From contig JBITNC010000001.1 of NCBI GenBank assembly GCA_050084985.1, forward strand, positions 85,312,001 through 85,376,000: a stretch of 64,000 nt of DNA. Direction: 5' to 3'. This document shows, one piece after another, positions 1-13,322 of this stretch. Position numbers and translations under genes: made by a program. The stretch is from Nageia nagi (taxonomy: Eukaryota > Plantae > Pinophyta). The notes beneath the pieces were generated by a model. It was not told where the DNA came from. It saw only the letters and a program-made list of their open reading frames with translations, and searched no databases. Within the stretch, counting starts at the first letter, position 1; each line of letters starts with the position of its first letter.

Positions 1-367
1 TAAATTTATTTATTAAAGCATAAATAATGTTAGTATAATTTTAATAAAATATAAGAAATGCTAATAATTCTTAAAATTTGAATCAAAATTATAAGAAAGT
101 AAAAATCTTTAATTTTTTTTAATCATCATTTATATCCAGAATTTCATTTTGCTGTAACAAACAAGCTACTTCAAATACAGACCATTTGATTATAATAATA
201 ATAATAATAATAACTTCTTACACTGCAAAATACAGAATATGGATGTTATCTGTACTTGGAAATGATTAACAATCTTACAAACTTTGCTACTACTTGTCTA
301 GGCTATCCAGCATAGAAAGAAAACGAGATACTGGAAAATAGTGCTATACTCAAAGCAGCTGTTGCTA

Positions 368-3051
368 CTACTTTGGAAACCGGTAAACTCCAATTTGGCG
401 CCAGACTTCTGATCCCAGCACCATATTTCTGATTTTGCCCATCCCAAAATGAGAGAGGTTGTCCCACCAAATCCAATCACAAATCCCGTTGCAAGACCCA
501 TCACTGAGATGTTCTCATCCACACTCCTCCACACTGACCATGTCGACTCCTCTAGAGTATTAGGTTTTGCAGGTTTGTCGTTGTTTTGGTTGCATTTTGG
601 TAAAGGGCGTCCGCATAGACCCTCGTTGTCCCTGAATGAGCTCTCGAAGAACGTCCAAAATTGAGTTCCAGTGGGTATGGGTCCAGAAAGCCTGTTTGAT
701 GAAACGTCCAGGTACGCCAACTTGGACAAGTTTGAAAGCTCCTCGTGAATGCGGCTTCTCAGCTTGTTGTGAGACAAGTCCAACTGCTCCAGAGTCCATA
801 TCTGTCCAATGCATGGCGGTATCTTACCCTCCAATAGGTTTCTGGACAGATCTAGTAAGCGCAGGCTACTAAGGCTCCCTATGCTTGCCGGTATATCACC
901 TGTGAGGTTATTGCTTGACAAATCAAGGATGGTGTTTGCTTGCAGTACATAGTCGACAATGTACTCCTGACCTTTGATTACAACTATCACATCCTCGTAG
1001 AGGGTGTTGCCACTCACTTGGGGATCTCCACGGATTCCGAACCCAAGAAGACGCTCTAGCTGATTGGGTATTCTTCCCTGCAATGTATTGTTGGACAAAT
1101 CCAGCACTTGCAGGTGGGTAAGGTTGGTAATCCACGGAGGAATTCTGCCTTGAAGCATATTATACCCAACACTTAAAACTCTCAAAACCTGAAAATGTGC
1201 CAAGTAAGAAGGAAGCTCACCTACCAATCTATTTCTTCTCAGATCCAAAAGGTGGATCTGCGTACAATTGGCCAAGCCTGGAGGTAGAGGCCCAGAAAAA
1301 TTATTGTCGTGAGCAGACTAAACTTCCAGAGAAGAAGTTGAATGAATTACTTGACAGTTTTAGCCTCTTCAGAGATGTACAGTTGCTGAGTGAGGCTGGA
1401 ATCTTGCCTGACAAGTGATTACCAGTCAGTAGCAAATCTGTCATAGACTTACAGTTGCCTATTGATTCTGGAATCGTTCCATTGAGCATGTTTTGGGACA
1501 AAACTAACTGTTGCAGGCCAGTGCATTTGCCAATACCCTCAGGAATACTACCAGATATATTGTTCCGGAATAGCAGAAGCTGAGTAAGATTTTTGAGTTC
1601 ACCAATATTTTGTGGTATAGGCCCGCTCAAACTGTTCGAATACAAATACAAATTCTGCATGTTTTGGAGATTCCCGATTCCCTCGGGAATTGTACCTCTC
1701 AAATTGCTTCAGTGCAAGCCGAGGATTTTCAAATTTCGAAGGTTTACAATGCCTCTGGGAATAGTGCCTGACGAATAATTGTTGTGTCAAGAAACAGAGT
1801 TTCAAGCTTGGTCAAGTTAGCTATATTTTCGGGTATGGTACCCCTCAGCATGTTTGTGCCAAAATTCAAAAGGCTAAGCTCTGTCAGCTTTCCAATATCC
1901 TTAGGAATGGTTCCACTGAATTTGTTTGCTCCAAGATCTAGGTAACTAAGCTGGGTTAAATTCATGAAGATTGTATTCGGTAGTCTCTCTTTAAAACTAT
2001 TACCGCTTACAGAAAGAGTGATAAGGGAAAGGCTAGAGATACTGGTAGGCAGTGACCCTTGAATTTTGTTAGTTGTTAATTCCAGCCAAACAAGACTGCT
2101 ACAATTACCTATTTCAGCAGGAACAGATCCTGTAAGATTCCCCGGGCCATAGAGGAATAATTGGACAAGCTGTTTCAAATTTCCTAATTCCGAATTTATT
2201 TTGCCATGTAATAAATTATTTCAAATACATATTACTTGAATGGAAGAACAATTACCTATTTCTGAAGGGATTTGGCTTTGTAACCTGTTGTACTCTAGAC
2301 CGAGAACCTCTAGTTTGTCAAGCCTTCCAAACTCAGACGGGATTGAACCTGTGAGACTGTTTTGGCCCAGAACCAGTCTTACCAGAGATGTGGAGTTACT
2401 CATAGATGTAGGAATGGTTCCAATCAAATGATTGTACGACAAGACAAGGTGCTCTAAGTCATGAAGCCGACCAAATTCTGATGGTATGCTCGCATTCAAG
2501 TTGTTGACTGAAAGTTTAACCAACTGAAGACTTTTACAATTAGCCAGAGATTTGGGTATATGACCAGTAAGTGAGATACTTCGGAGATCCAACACCTTAA
2601 GTGATTTGAGTTGTCCCAGCTGTGGTGGAATATTTCCTTGGAAATGATTGAGGGATAGATTCAAAGTGCGCAGCAAGGAAAGATCTCCCAAGGAAGGAGA
2701 AATCGTACCTTCCAATTGGAGATTGGGGAGGATGATGGCAACCACTCTTTTAGTATGTTTTCTACACCAAACACCGTTCCACGAGCACACCTCCTCCGAA
2801 TTGTTTGCAGTCCAAGTGGAAAGGGCTTGCAGTGGATCGGACTTTATGGCCTTTCGGAAGGACAGGAGAGCTTCAATATCCCTGCTATCACCCGAACCGT
2901 CTTCTGCAAGCAGCATACGCTCACTTGACATGAAAAAGCTTCCTTCCACCGAATGCCTATTCACAATGCTTTTCTTCCCACAATATGTATGGTTAGCAGC
3001 TTTGGCATCAGTGATTGCAAATGCCATGGCCAAAGCTAAGCTCAGCAACAT
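368..3051 (-). pseudogene. LRR receptor-like protein (RLP) pseudogene, intronless, no kinase domain
   Basis: Four ORF pieces join into signal peptide (MLLSLALAMAFA), LRRNT (ALLSFRKAI..DP...LSTW....CSWNGVWC), many LxxLxLxxNxLxGxIP repeats, island, final LRRs, 'GTQF..F...SF..NEGLCGRPL' and a GxxxG TM helix. Lesions: in-frame TGA at 2221-2223, frameshift ~1785, TGA at 1709-1711, deletion/frameshift ~1335 followed by TAG, and frameshift ~437. The shifted frame gives a plausible tail KIRNMVLGSEVWRQIGVYRFPK* ending at TAG 368-370. Confidence 0.93.
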
Positions 3052-3879
3052 CTTTCATCATTATTAACACACCACCCATTTCCCTCCTCACCATATCTAG
3101 ATGCGAAAACATGCTACAGGCCTCCAAATATATACGATGTCCGACGATTGGAGAAAACTGAAATAAATAATAAACATTTATTTTCCCACGTCAAGCGGAA
3201 TTCTTTTAACTTTAATTGGAGTAAGGTTAAAATTATGATGTTTGTTTTGATGTCTTTCTAAAAGATCTTAAGATGCGTTCAGTTTGAATTCATCTCTTAA
3301 AATTCTATACTTAATAATTGATTTATATACTAATTTCACTTCAAAACTAGTAACTTGCATTCATAAATATTTTTATCTAAAATTTTTCATTTATAATAAT
3401 AGAAAAAATAAGTAGAGGTATGATATGGATTGTAAGGATGCTAGAAAGAATATTAAGATTACTCGAAATAATAAGGATAGATAAAATTTATAAATAAAAG
3501 AAAATTAAGAGAATATAAAACCTTAGTTAAATATAAGAAACGATTATTTTTAAATAAATAATAAGAAAATTTTCTAGATTTATGTAAGCATAATCTAAAA
3601 CAGTTTTGGCAATTAATTCTATCTTCATAAATGATAGCTAAATTACAAATTAACCTAATAATTGAAATTGTTATCCCTAAAAAATTTTATATGTCCCCTC
3701 TAAATTTATATTCACATGTTGTCACTCTTTATTTTTTAGTTCCCTTTTTAAGATACAAGAGAGGGCATAGCATAACAAAAACAAGCTTGGCAACTTTATT
3801 ATACAACTTAATTATTTGAGAAATAATCATACAAATACTTAATTGATATATATTTACTTCTAAACAAACTTTAATATAT

Positions 3880-5900
3880 CCTACAAATCAAGTGGTTTAA
3901 AAAGATGTTAAAAGACTTATCTATCTAAATAAAAGGATATTAAGTAGAATATCTAAAAATTGATTGTAGTATCCTTTCTTCTCATATCAAACCTTTTTTT
4001 AAGATTTCTCTTAAAGAAGGTTTCTCAAAATTGTGGACAACAAATCCAATTGTTTTTATGTACAAAACTAGAGACAAAAGTAAATTGTTGAATTATAAAA
4101 CTATTCTAACAAGTCTTTTACTTGTCAAACTTTTTAATAGTATTATAGAAAATAAAACTAACATTTGGCTTGATGATAATAATTTTAGAGTTAGGCCAAG
4201 CCAATTTTAGAAGCAAATATTCAACAATTAACTACATCCTCATTTTTTGAATTTTTGTTGTAAATTGTTGAGATGATAAAGAAGATTTTATTTGCATGTT
4301 TTGTAGATTAAAAAAAAACCTTTATAATATTCCAGAATAACTTTTTAATGTGTGTGGCTAAATTAGATTTACCTCCTTAACTAAGATTTATTTTCTATAG
4401 GCTTTATGAGCATGTTATTACCAAACTTAAAATTACTCAAGGATGATCTAAGGTTGAAAGCAAGAAGTTGAGTCCACTTAAAAGGGAAGCAGGGAAAATC
4501 ATTGAAGTCAAAATTCAATATCAAAAAAATTGGGTTCTTGATTTAGGTTTAGGATCCCAATATTTGAATCTCCAATTTCACCTTAGATTGAGGCTTGAAA
4601 TAGGATTGGTTCTCTGACTTGCAAGTATATGTGCATGGCAATGTTAATAGAAAATCTTAACTTCAGGCATATGTTTGATGGACTTTTTGGTAGAATTTGT
4701 TCATGAAATTAAAACCCATTATAGATTAAATAGTGGATTTCAAAGTTGTAATTCTTTTTACAATTGGATAAGATTTTATATTTTTTGATTATATTTTAGT
4801 AAAAATGGTTCATATACATGAAATATGAAGGTCTCATATTTTCATGATAAGTTTTTTTTGGGAGAAGTTGTAAAAAATTATTTATATAGGGAAAAGCTTT
4901 AGAATTCTTTATAGAATAAAAAAAATTGAAAAAAGATTAAGTTTGGATCAAATTATGCTAGATGGACATGAGCGCTTTTCGAAAACACAAATATACTCAA
5001 TACAAAATTAAAAAAAAATGATGTAAAAGTATCCAAGACAAACTCCAATGTGTTAGGTATCTTTTTCTAAAAGGATTTTAAAAAATACCTTGATTTTAGT
5101 CAAATTATGCTAGACAAACACATGCATGGTATGGTCCAATTTTTTTTTAAGAAAATGAATTTTTGTTCATCCTATCAAATTTTAAATACTATGATTTGGG
5201 TATTAAAAAAATTATATATTTGAAAACTATACTTTGAGCACTACATTTTACTATATTGATCTTTTTTGTGATTCCATGTCTAAGTACTTCAAATTTTGAG
5301 ATCAATCATATCTAAACTTGAAAATCAAGAAAAACACTTCCACTTTTTGGCCTTAAAAGTGGACCCAAATTCTTGCATCCACCCCTAAGAAAATTGGTTA
5401 CAATATTGAATTTAAAAAAGGGTATCTCATATCCTTTACTCTATTTGGTATTTATGTAGATCACTTATACAAGTTTTTCAAAGAAGTTGAATTTATATGA
5501 ACCAACCTTAGTAACCTTATTATTATTCTTCTACCTTATAAAAATCATATTATCTTGTTAGCTAGACATTATGATAATCTTGTAAGATAATTAAATAATA
5601 TTTAAACAATTTGTAATATTTTGAATATATATATAACAAAAAATATGATTATTAAATATAAAAATATAAGATCACCCCATGATCCTCTTTAATAATCAAT
5701 AATTAAAGATTATTCAATCTTCATATACTTGGGTATTGACATAAATCATAAACTAAATTTAAGTTTAAGTATTGAAAAAAAAATTGTTGCTAGGTGAAAA
5801 TCTTTTTATGGTTTGAAAAATAAGTGTAAAAATATAAGAATTCAGAATTGAGATTAATTTTTTTTTTCTCTTTACTTGTACTCCAATAGTACTCTTAGGT
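3880..5900 (+). mobile_element. Decayed non-LTR retrotransposon (RTE-like LINE) reverse transcriptase fossil, interrupted by a MITE
   Basis: Manual translation gives EGFSKLWTT..IVFMYKTRDKSKLLNYKTI, ..QANFRSKYSTINYI and LFACFVD before 4450. After the MITE it resumes with GYNIEFKKGYLISFTLFGIYVD (cf. GVKQGCPLSPTLFGIYID) and IILLPYKNHIIL (cf. LLLYADD). Outer boundaries are approximate. Confidence 0.72.
4452..5385. mobile_element. PIF/Harbinger-type non-autonomous element (MITE-like), copy 1
   Basis: Imperfect TIRs GGTTGAAAGCAAGAAGTTGAGTCCACTT / (rc) GGGGTGGATGCAAGAATTTGGGTCCACTT. Flanked by TAA at 4449-4451 and 5386-5388. LINE RT motifs continue on both sides. Confidence 0.72.
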
Positions 5901-7351
5901 GTTAAGTCTAGGATGGGGTCATTTCTAAAGTAGGAAATGAATCTAATTGGAGTAAGCTTAATATTATACTTATGTTGCATAAATAATACTATTGGTTGTC
6001 TTATGCTTATTGGTATCAGATACTAGTATAAAATTGATAATAGTATATATAGGTGTACAAGTTATGATCATTGATTCACTAACAAATATTATATTTCTTA
6101 TTCACCTTATTATGGCATCTATCTAGAGAATTTCCCTTCTTGAATTGGACTTTAGAGATTATTCCCTCTCAAAGTGGCTTACCTTCTTTATTTTTTAATT
6201 GAAGAACTATTCTAAATATTTCATTTTTATTTTGGAGTACAATATTTATTTATATTAATTAATTCAGTATAATTACCACTATTTTGATTATAAATTAAAT
6301 ACTTTTATTGCTAAGTTATTTTATTCCAAGTGGTATTAGAGAATATGTAATTATATCCACATTTTTATGGTGTTTTGTTAGGTTCACCACTAATAAATGG
6401 GAACATTAGATTAGGAGTACTTTTGCTTATTTTAGTTATTATTTGGATAATTAATTATAAGTTCCATTTGGAGAGTAGTTTAGTACTCCAATTATGGAAT
6501 GTTAAATATTTAGTTAGTATATTATGTATAGTTGAATATATAGTACTCCAATTATGGAATATTAAATATTTAGTTAGATGTATTGTAATATTTTATTCTT
6601 GATTGGTGAGATATGAAGGATAAAAGAAAATGTCCTTCTCCTAGGGCACGTTTGAGCATGAGCTAACAATTTGGGTCCATCATAGATGATCTTGGATATT
6701 AAGAGTTAATACATTTTGACAAAAATGTTATAAAAATGTATCATTTTAATGGCTAATCCTATATTTTTATCAATATTTTTATTCCTTCTTATCATACTTC
6801 AATATATTATAATTTTGAATGTAACTAAATATTATCAAGTAGGATACATAAGGGGTGAAAAAAAGAGTACATATTTTCAAAAATCATTGAGATACTTATC
6901 TCATTTTTATCTCCTTACTAAGATAATCACAATAGTGTATATTATTAGTAAACATTAATTTTAATATTAAAATAAAGATTTGAGACCCAAAAGAACTCAA
7001 AAAATATAAAAAAGGTAGATAAAGGATGATAAAAAAGAGTCTCATATCTTGAAGTGGGACACAATTATATGATTCTTCTTATAATGAGGAAATTTCAACA
7101 TTATAACCCTCTTCAAAATAATTATAATATGGAAAGAAAAAAATACAAAAAGTCAAAATAAGGAAAAATAAAATTAAACATTGATGGATCATGAGAATGA
7201 GAATTATAGGAATATGATGAAGCTCTAAGTCAAAGTGAAATGATAATCTAAAAAATGCCACTTTAATGGATGTTCACTTGACAAAATGTCAACCATTACA
7301 CTACAACTTAAATGAATGATACTCTTTCAAGATTACTTTGATTTGCATGAA

Positions 7352-8225
7352 ATATCAAAGTAGAAGATGGGTCCACTTTATGGCCAAAAAGTAGAAGCTT
7401 TTTCTTTGATTTTTAGTTTGATCACAATTGATATTAGAATTTAAAGCACTTACGGATGAAATATTGAAAAGGTTACTTTGAAAAAAATATAATGCTCAAA
7501 GTATAGTTTTCAAATATATAATTTATTCTAATACCCATATGATAGAAATGAAATATTTGTAAGCATTTATAAAAACCACTTTTTAAAATTTATTATTTTA
7601 AGATCATGTCTTTAATTGTTGGGCCAATATAATTTGACCTAAATTAAAGTATTTTTTAGAATCCTTTTAGGAAATGATAGTTAATACATTGGAGAATATT
7701 GAGAATACATTTTTGAATTTTTTTATTAATTTTTTTATTGGTCTTAATTACATTTTTTAAATTACTTTTGTTGGACAACATAACTTGACCTAAACTTAAA
7801 CTTTTTTGGTTTTGCTTTTTTTTAGTATAGAATTATGTATAGAATGGTGATATATAATTTTTTTTATAATTCTAAAAAAAAGAAAGAAAAATTATTAAAT
7901 AAATAAGATAACTTACTTTTTCATGTTTATGGACAAGCTTGAATGAAAAATAATTGAACAATAGTAAATATAATCCAATTATTAAAAAAATTACATATTT
8001 GAAATCTACAATCACTCATTGATAATGGGTTCAAATAAATTCCATAAAAAAACTCTATCAAATACACATTAAAACTTGAGTTTTTCCATTATCAAATGAT
8101 AAGAACTTGTGTTTCCATGTCCAAACCTAAGGCTTACCTTACCATGCCTTACCCAAGCCAAAAATCAAGGTGAAATTGACTTTGATACTATCAGAATCTT
8201 ATTTTAAAATGGAACCCCATTTTTA
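7352..8225. mobile_element. Same MITE family, copy 2 (opposite orientation to copy 1)
   Basis: GAAGATGGGTCCACTTTATGGCCAAAAAGT...TGCTCAAAGTATAGTTTTCAAATATATAATT aligns with the reverse complement of 4550-5380. Ends are approximate. Confidence 0.65.
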
Positions 8226-8599
8226 AATGGTATAGAGATCCCATTTTGTTTTAAAAAGTAAAGGATGTGATATTATTATTTGAAATAAAATATCAAATTA
8301 AAATTCAACTATATTTTAATACAATCCTTAAACTTTACCCTAAATGTTGGCTACATCTCATGTGTTAAAGTCTCAAAAAAAATGTATTCTAATTTTTTAC
8401 TACAATTCAATTTCATTGCATGCACTTGAGTTTTAGTTGTAACTCATCCCCTCTCCAAATGCAACCAAATGATTAAAGTAATATGATGAATAAATCTCAT
8501 TGAAGAACTATACCCAAACCTCCTAAAACTTTGGTCAATCTTATTACAAGAGATAAGATTGATGTAATTATTGAGCTAAGAATTGAAGGTAGAATAGTT

Positions 8600-9200
8600 A
8601 ATAATGAAACAAGATTAATTATCCCTAATAAAATTAAATTATGAAGTAGGTCAAAGGAAGAATATGCTCATTGGTTGATTTTTTAGAATTCAACCTAATA
8701 TGGATTTAATTTGTAAATGGATGACTTTAGGAAAGATCACATTGATAACTTCACTATGAGAATTCTTACTATTCAAATTCAAGAAAGAAGAGGATATGAA
8801 AAATGTGCTTGAGTTATGTACATGGTTTCTAGGATGAAAGTATTTGGTTCTAGAAAGATGGGATTGAAGCTTTCATCTACAAACTAAAAATAAAAATTTA
8901 GTTGCAATCTACATAAGTCTCATCAACCTTTCTTCTAATTATTGGAATATGAATATTATCATTTGATTTACCAACATGATCAGTTCATTAGTATTTATTC
9001 CAAAACTCTATTTTTAGAAAGTTGGATGGTACTAACTCACTTATGTGTAAATATAGATATTTCTAAGAAACTTAAGAATAAGATCTATTTGGATGAAGAA
9101 GATGTAGGAACTTAAGAGCAAAACATCATCTATGAGAAACTTCCAATATGATACAATATTTATAGTAAATTTGAATAAATGGTATGCAAGTCAATGTTCA
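8600..9200 (+). mobile_element. L1-type LINE ORF1 fossil (DUF4283 plus zinc-knuckle region)
   Basis: Translates as NMLIG*FFRIQPNMDLICKWM, FLLFKFKKEEDMKNVLELCTWFLG*KYLVLERW, YISLINLSSNYW, LCVNIDISKKL and QNIIYEKLP, the usual motif order of plant L1 ORF1. An internally deleted paralog sits at ~25280-26460. Confidence 0.75.
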
Positions 9201-11477
9201 AATAGAAAAGTAGAAGGGAAGGTGCCAAGGTAGGTGAGGAGGTCAATTGATAGGCACCAACCATAAATAGCTCAGAACTAGCCAAACTAGTACCAAAATG
9301 TAGTTCCGAAATAGATACAAACAAGCCCTTATGTTACATTTCCAATAAGAGTTGAATGTTGTAACTTCTTTCAAGCTTTAATCCTAGATAAAAATGATCC
9401 ATCCAGCCAACTAGGGGATATAAGAGTAGAGGAAGTTAAGGAGGATACTGATATGAAGGTTTAAAAATATGGAAAAGAGATAGTTTAAGTTGATTTCTCA
9501 TAGTAAAATTTTCAAGATTATAAAAGAAAAAGATAAAATAGTGATCATAGTGAATAAAGAAGAATGCATGAATATAAAGAACAACATAAAATTGAAACAC
9601 TAAATGAAAAATTAATTGTAGAGGAAACGAAAAGAAAAGAATGGGAAGCATACTATGAGAGATCATGGGTAAGAGAGAATGATTAAAAGATTAAGGAAAT
9701 AAAAATGAAAGCTTCTTTGAACATGTTGAGAGGACAAAAATTAGGAAATAATTATAAAGAAGCTACATCTAAAGTTGTTAGAAGAATCCAAGAATTGTTA
9801 CCAAAACTTAGAGAAGAGGGGAAGTTAGATGAAAAGAATACAATAGAAATAACTTAGAGTACTTTAGGGTTAGGTAAGGGATTCTTTTTTGAATTATGTA
9901 GGAATGAAGGATTAAGAAAATAAAGTTGCAACAAAGATTATATGTATTTATGTCATAAAAAGATGAATTAGGGAGATAAAAGAACAACTTTTTTTTAGAT
10001 GTAACTCGACTTCAACTAAGCTACAACAAATCTACATAAGTCTCAAAGAAATAATATTCTTTTCATATATAGATATGATAAAATCATCATGATAGAGTTT
10101 ATATGTATTTTTCCTAGGTTTCATTTTTTCTACTAGTTGGTGATATTGGCTAGTTGCAGTAAAGTACTTTAGCTTCAAAGTAGTCATTTCTTAATACTTT
10201 GTAATTGTTAAATTACAATTTGTATAACAACATATATTAAAAAAAAATGACCAAGTTGCACGATCTTGTCAAAACCCTCCTTTCTATCCTTATAAAAAAA
10301 TTATATATAATAATATTTTTAAGATTACAAATAATTTAAATCTCAAAGATAATTAGTATTCATATATTAAAATGTTTATATAATAAGTAAGCACCTTAAC
10401 ATAAAAGAATAACATTTGATGCTAAATGTATATAAATATAAAACTTACATTAAGTACTCATGCCATATCTATAATCACATTAATACTATAAAAAAAAATG
10501 TTTATCCAATTATATTCATTAAATTACATTATCTCCTTCTTCAAAATTTAAAACCATAAATAACAAAATAGAATTCTTCCTTATAATACATATGTTCATA
10601 ATAAATGTAAAAAAAACTATAACTACACATATTATATAAACATAATGGTTGAAAATATAATTTCAATTAATTTATGTAATTATCTATTAGTATTAAAAGT
10701 AATATTAATAGTTTTTTCTTTTTTATCAAGATCCAACGTGATTTCTATATCAACTCAATATTTAACATTATAACTTCATCAAGTTAAACACATATTAAAT
10801 TCATGTTGATTCATTCATACGCAACATATTACAATGAAAAATAAATTTATTTTATCTTTATTCATTCTCATAAACACCACACATTCTATTATAATTATAC
10901 GAATATATCAAATATAATTTATTATATGTAAATATATAAAGTGACATGACAAGTATTTCATTTATATTAATATTTATTAAATTAATTTAATTTTATATTG
11001 CCAGGTTACTTATATTTATTAATTAATCAATAGAATATTTAAAATGAATGATTCTAAATTAAATAATAAATTATATATATTTTAGGGTTTGTTCTCTCGT
11101 AGAAGATATTTATCATTAATTTGATAGGATTTTAAATATGTTTTCATTTTTAAAAACAAAGAATTTTGAATTCGAACTTTCATAATTTTGAACTATTCAC
11201 CTTTCCAACTTTATTATCCATCAATTCATAAATCATAAATTTTAAATTAATTATATAACTTATATAAACAAACTTTTCTTATTAAAAATAAAAATTATGT
11301 TCTCAATAACTGAATCAATCAATTTATTTTATTTTTAATAAAATAAACAGTAAAATTTACTTAATAATTATCTTATAATTTGATGGTTCTCTACTAAAAG
11401 ATTGAAACACCCTTTTTCAAATTTTATATATATAAGAAATGGGTTTGTTCATTCCTCCTTTTATAAATTCACTCCAT

Positions 11478-11850
11478 GCTCTATCTAAATGGAAATAGGA
11501 TTGTAATATATAGTCGAATTCAGAATATATGTAGTCGTCCTTCATAATTCCTTGTTAAGCAAAAGCAAAGGTTTGCACTTCCAAGCAAATTGTAATTCTC
11601 AACAGATTGCAATCATATTTCAATTTAGATTTAAAAAAGCAAAGGTTAGCATTTTCAAGAAAATTCTAAATCTCAACATATTACAATCCTATTTCCATTT
11701 AGATACAGCTTGAGAATACAGTCAAGTTCAGAATATATATAGTCGTCCTTAATAATTCCTTTTAAGGGAAATGTTAGCGTTTCCAAGCAAATTGTAATTC
11801 TCAACGGATTACAATCCTATTTCCATTAAGATACAGATCGCGAAAACAGT
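11478..11850. repeat. Three direct ~70-130 bp repeats plus one inverted ~32-bp copy (foldback), copy A
   Basis: 11478-11509 GCTCTATCTAAATGGAAATAGGATTGTAATAT is the reverse complement (31/32) of 11678-11709. Related copies lie at ~11606-11630 and ~11808-11837. Confidence 0.85.
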
Positions 11851-12709
11851 CGAATTCGGAATAAAAAGATAAAGAACAAACCTAGTCCTTACTATAGCTT
11901 TTATTAATACACTGGCAAAAGATCTACATAAAACCGTAATCGCGGTGAGATTTCACGTTTGTGAAAAGTTTGCTTGCCATTACGTGTAGCTGTAATTTTT
12001 TAAAAGGAGCATTGACGCACTACTTTCGAGATTAGAACTTGTGACCTTTAATGGAAGAGGTTTCAGAGCTGGTTCGATGAGTTTTCAGGCTTGAAAAAAA
12101 CTTTTATATGGCTCTATAGTTTCATTTCATTGTTCAGCAGCTGTTAAGAAAAGACACGCCGGCCCACATGGAAACGGTTGTCTTTATACAGTACACACGT
12201 GATAGGCTCCAGTATACGGACCTTCGTGATTAGGAGGCAAGCTAGGAGTCACAAACCTCCAAAAATTATTTTGACATTCGTATAAAGGTATCATAAAAGA
12301 ATCCCAGAAACCAAACAATTCCATACTTATGAACTTCAACAGGAGGTGGTCTGTGCCCAACCAAATGAAAGAGAAAAAGTAAGTTGTACGAGTAAAGCTA
12401 CTGTAAATGTTTTCGTTCCGTGTTTCAGGATTGATTTCGCGGAGGTGACATCCATCAATAAAAACAATGGAATACGCTTTTCTATCCTTCCCCAAAAAAA
12501 TACGGTCATCAAAGAAAACAAACAAACAAACAATCCATGGTTTACATAATGGAATCTTCGATCACATTTCGAAACACTCTATAGATTATCTGATGACACT
12601 GATGGTCAAAATTTTCTCCTAAATCAAGGAATCAAAAATGAACAAATCATTACCTTCAAAGGGCCTCTGGTCGGAAGGGTTTAAATAGTGTCCTGCAAAT
12701 GAAACACTC

Positions 12710-13322
12710 TGTTGGGATGGAGCTCGATTATCAATACGGAACATGCTATCAAAAGGGCAGAGACAAACAACAATAAATGGAGGAATAAAGTCATTGTGGA
12801 ATTTCAAAGCTGTGCAACTTTGGGCTGGAATTTCTATTTTTGGTGGAATGATGGTGGAAAGAGTTGTTAGGAATTAAAATGTGATGTACAAAATCACACT
12901 AGATATTATGTTGTTTACAAAGTGTCTGATATTATATATAGGCCATAATGTATAGATTATAGGTGGACTCTTGTTGTGTATGCATTGAGCATTGTTGATT
13001 GGTAATATTTGTTAAAGAGAAATACAAAGATTGATTAAAATTTATAAGTGTACTCTCTAGCATTGAATGATCATCAGAGATAGAACAACAAGGAAGTGTT
13101 GTTGATATATTTCTTTCTAGATGTAATGGCTTCAAGCACAAGGATTGATAGCTTCTCCGAGGATATAGCCCACATTGGGTGAACGTTGTTAATTTTCTTG
13201 TCTCCTCATTAGTGTTTTGGATTTTGTTTACTGTTTTATGTTCACATTATTTGTTCTGCATATTTAAATGAAATAAAAAATATATTGCTTCCTAAATTAT
13301 GCAAATTTAGTTCGTACCAACA
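12710..13322 (+). repeat. 5' LTR of copia element 1
   Basis: TG...CA termini, followed by the tRNA-iMet PBS; aligns to 17381-17614 plus 18942-19276. Confidence 0.9.

Noticed and set aside
449-3067. Several short plus-strand and alternative-frame ORFs
   Set aside because: Shadow ORFs of the RLP pseudogene.
5990-6700. Possible LTR remnant with PBS at 6331 and a 60-bp tandem duplication (6481/6541)
   Set aside because: No partner LTR, TSD or coding motifs to define an element.
11478-11850. CRISPR-like appearance of spaced repeats
   Set aside because: Eukaryotic context, long units, spacers that are themselves repeated, and no cas genes.
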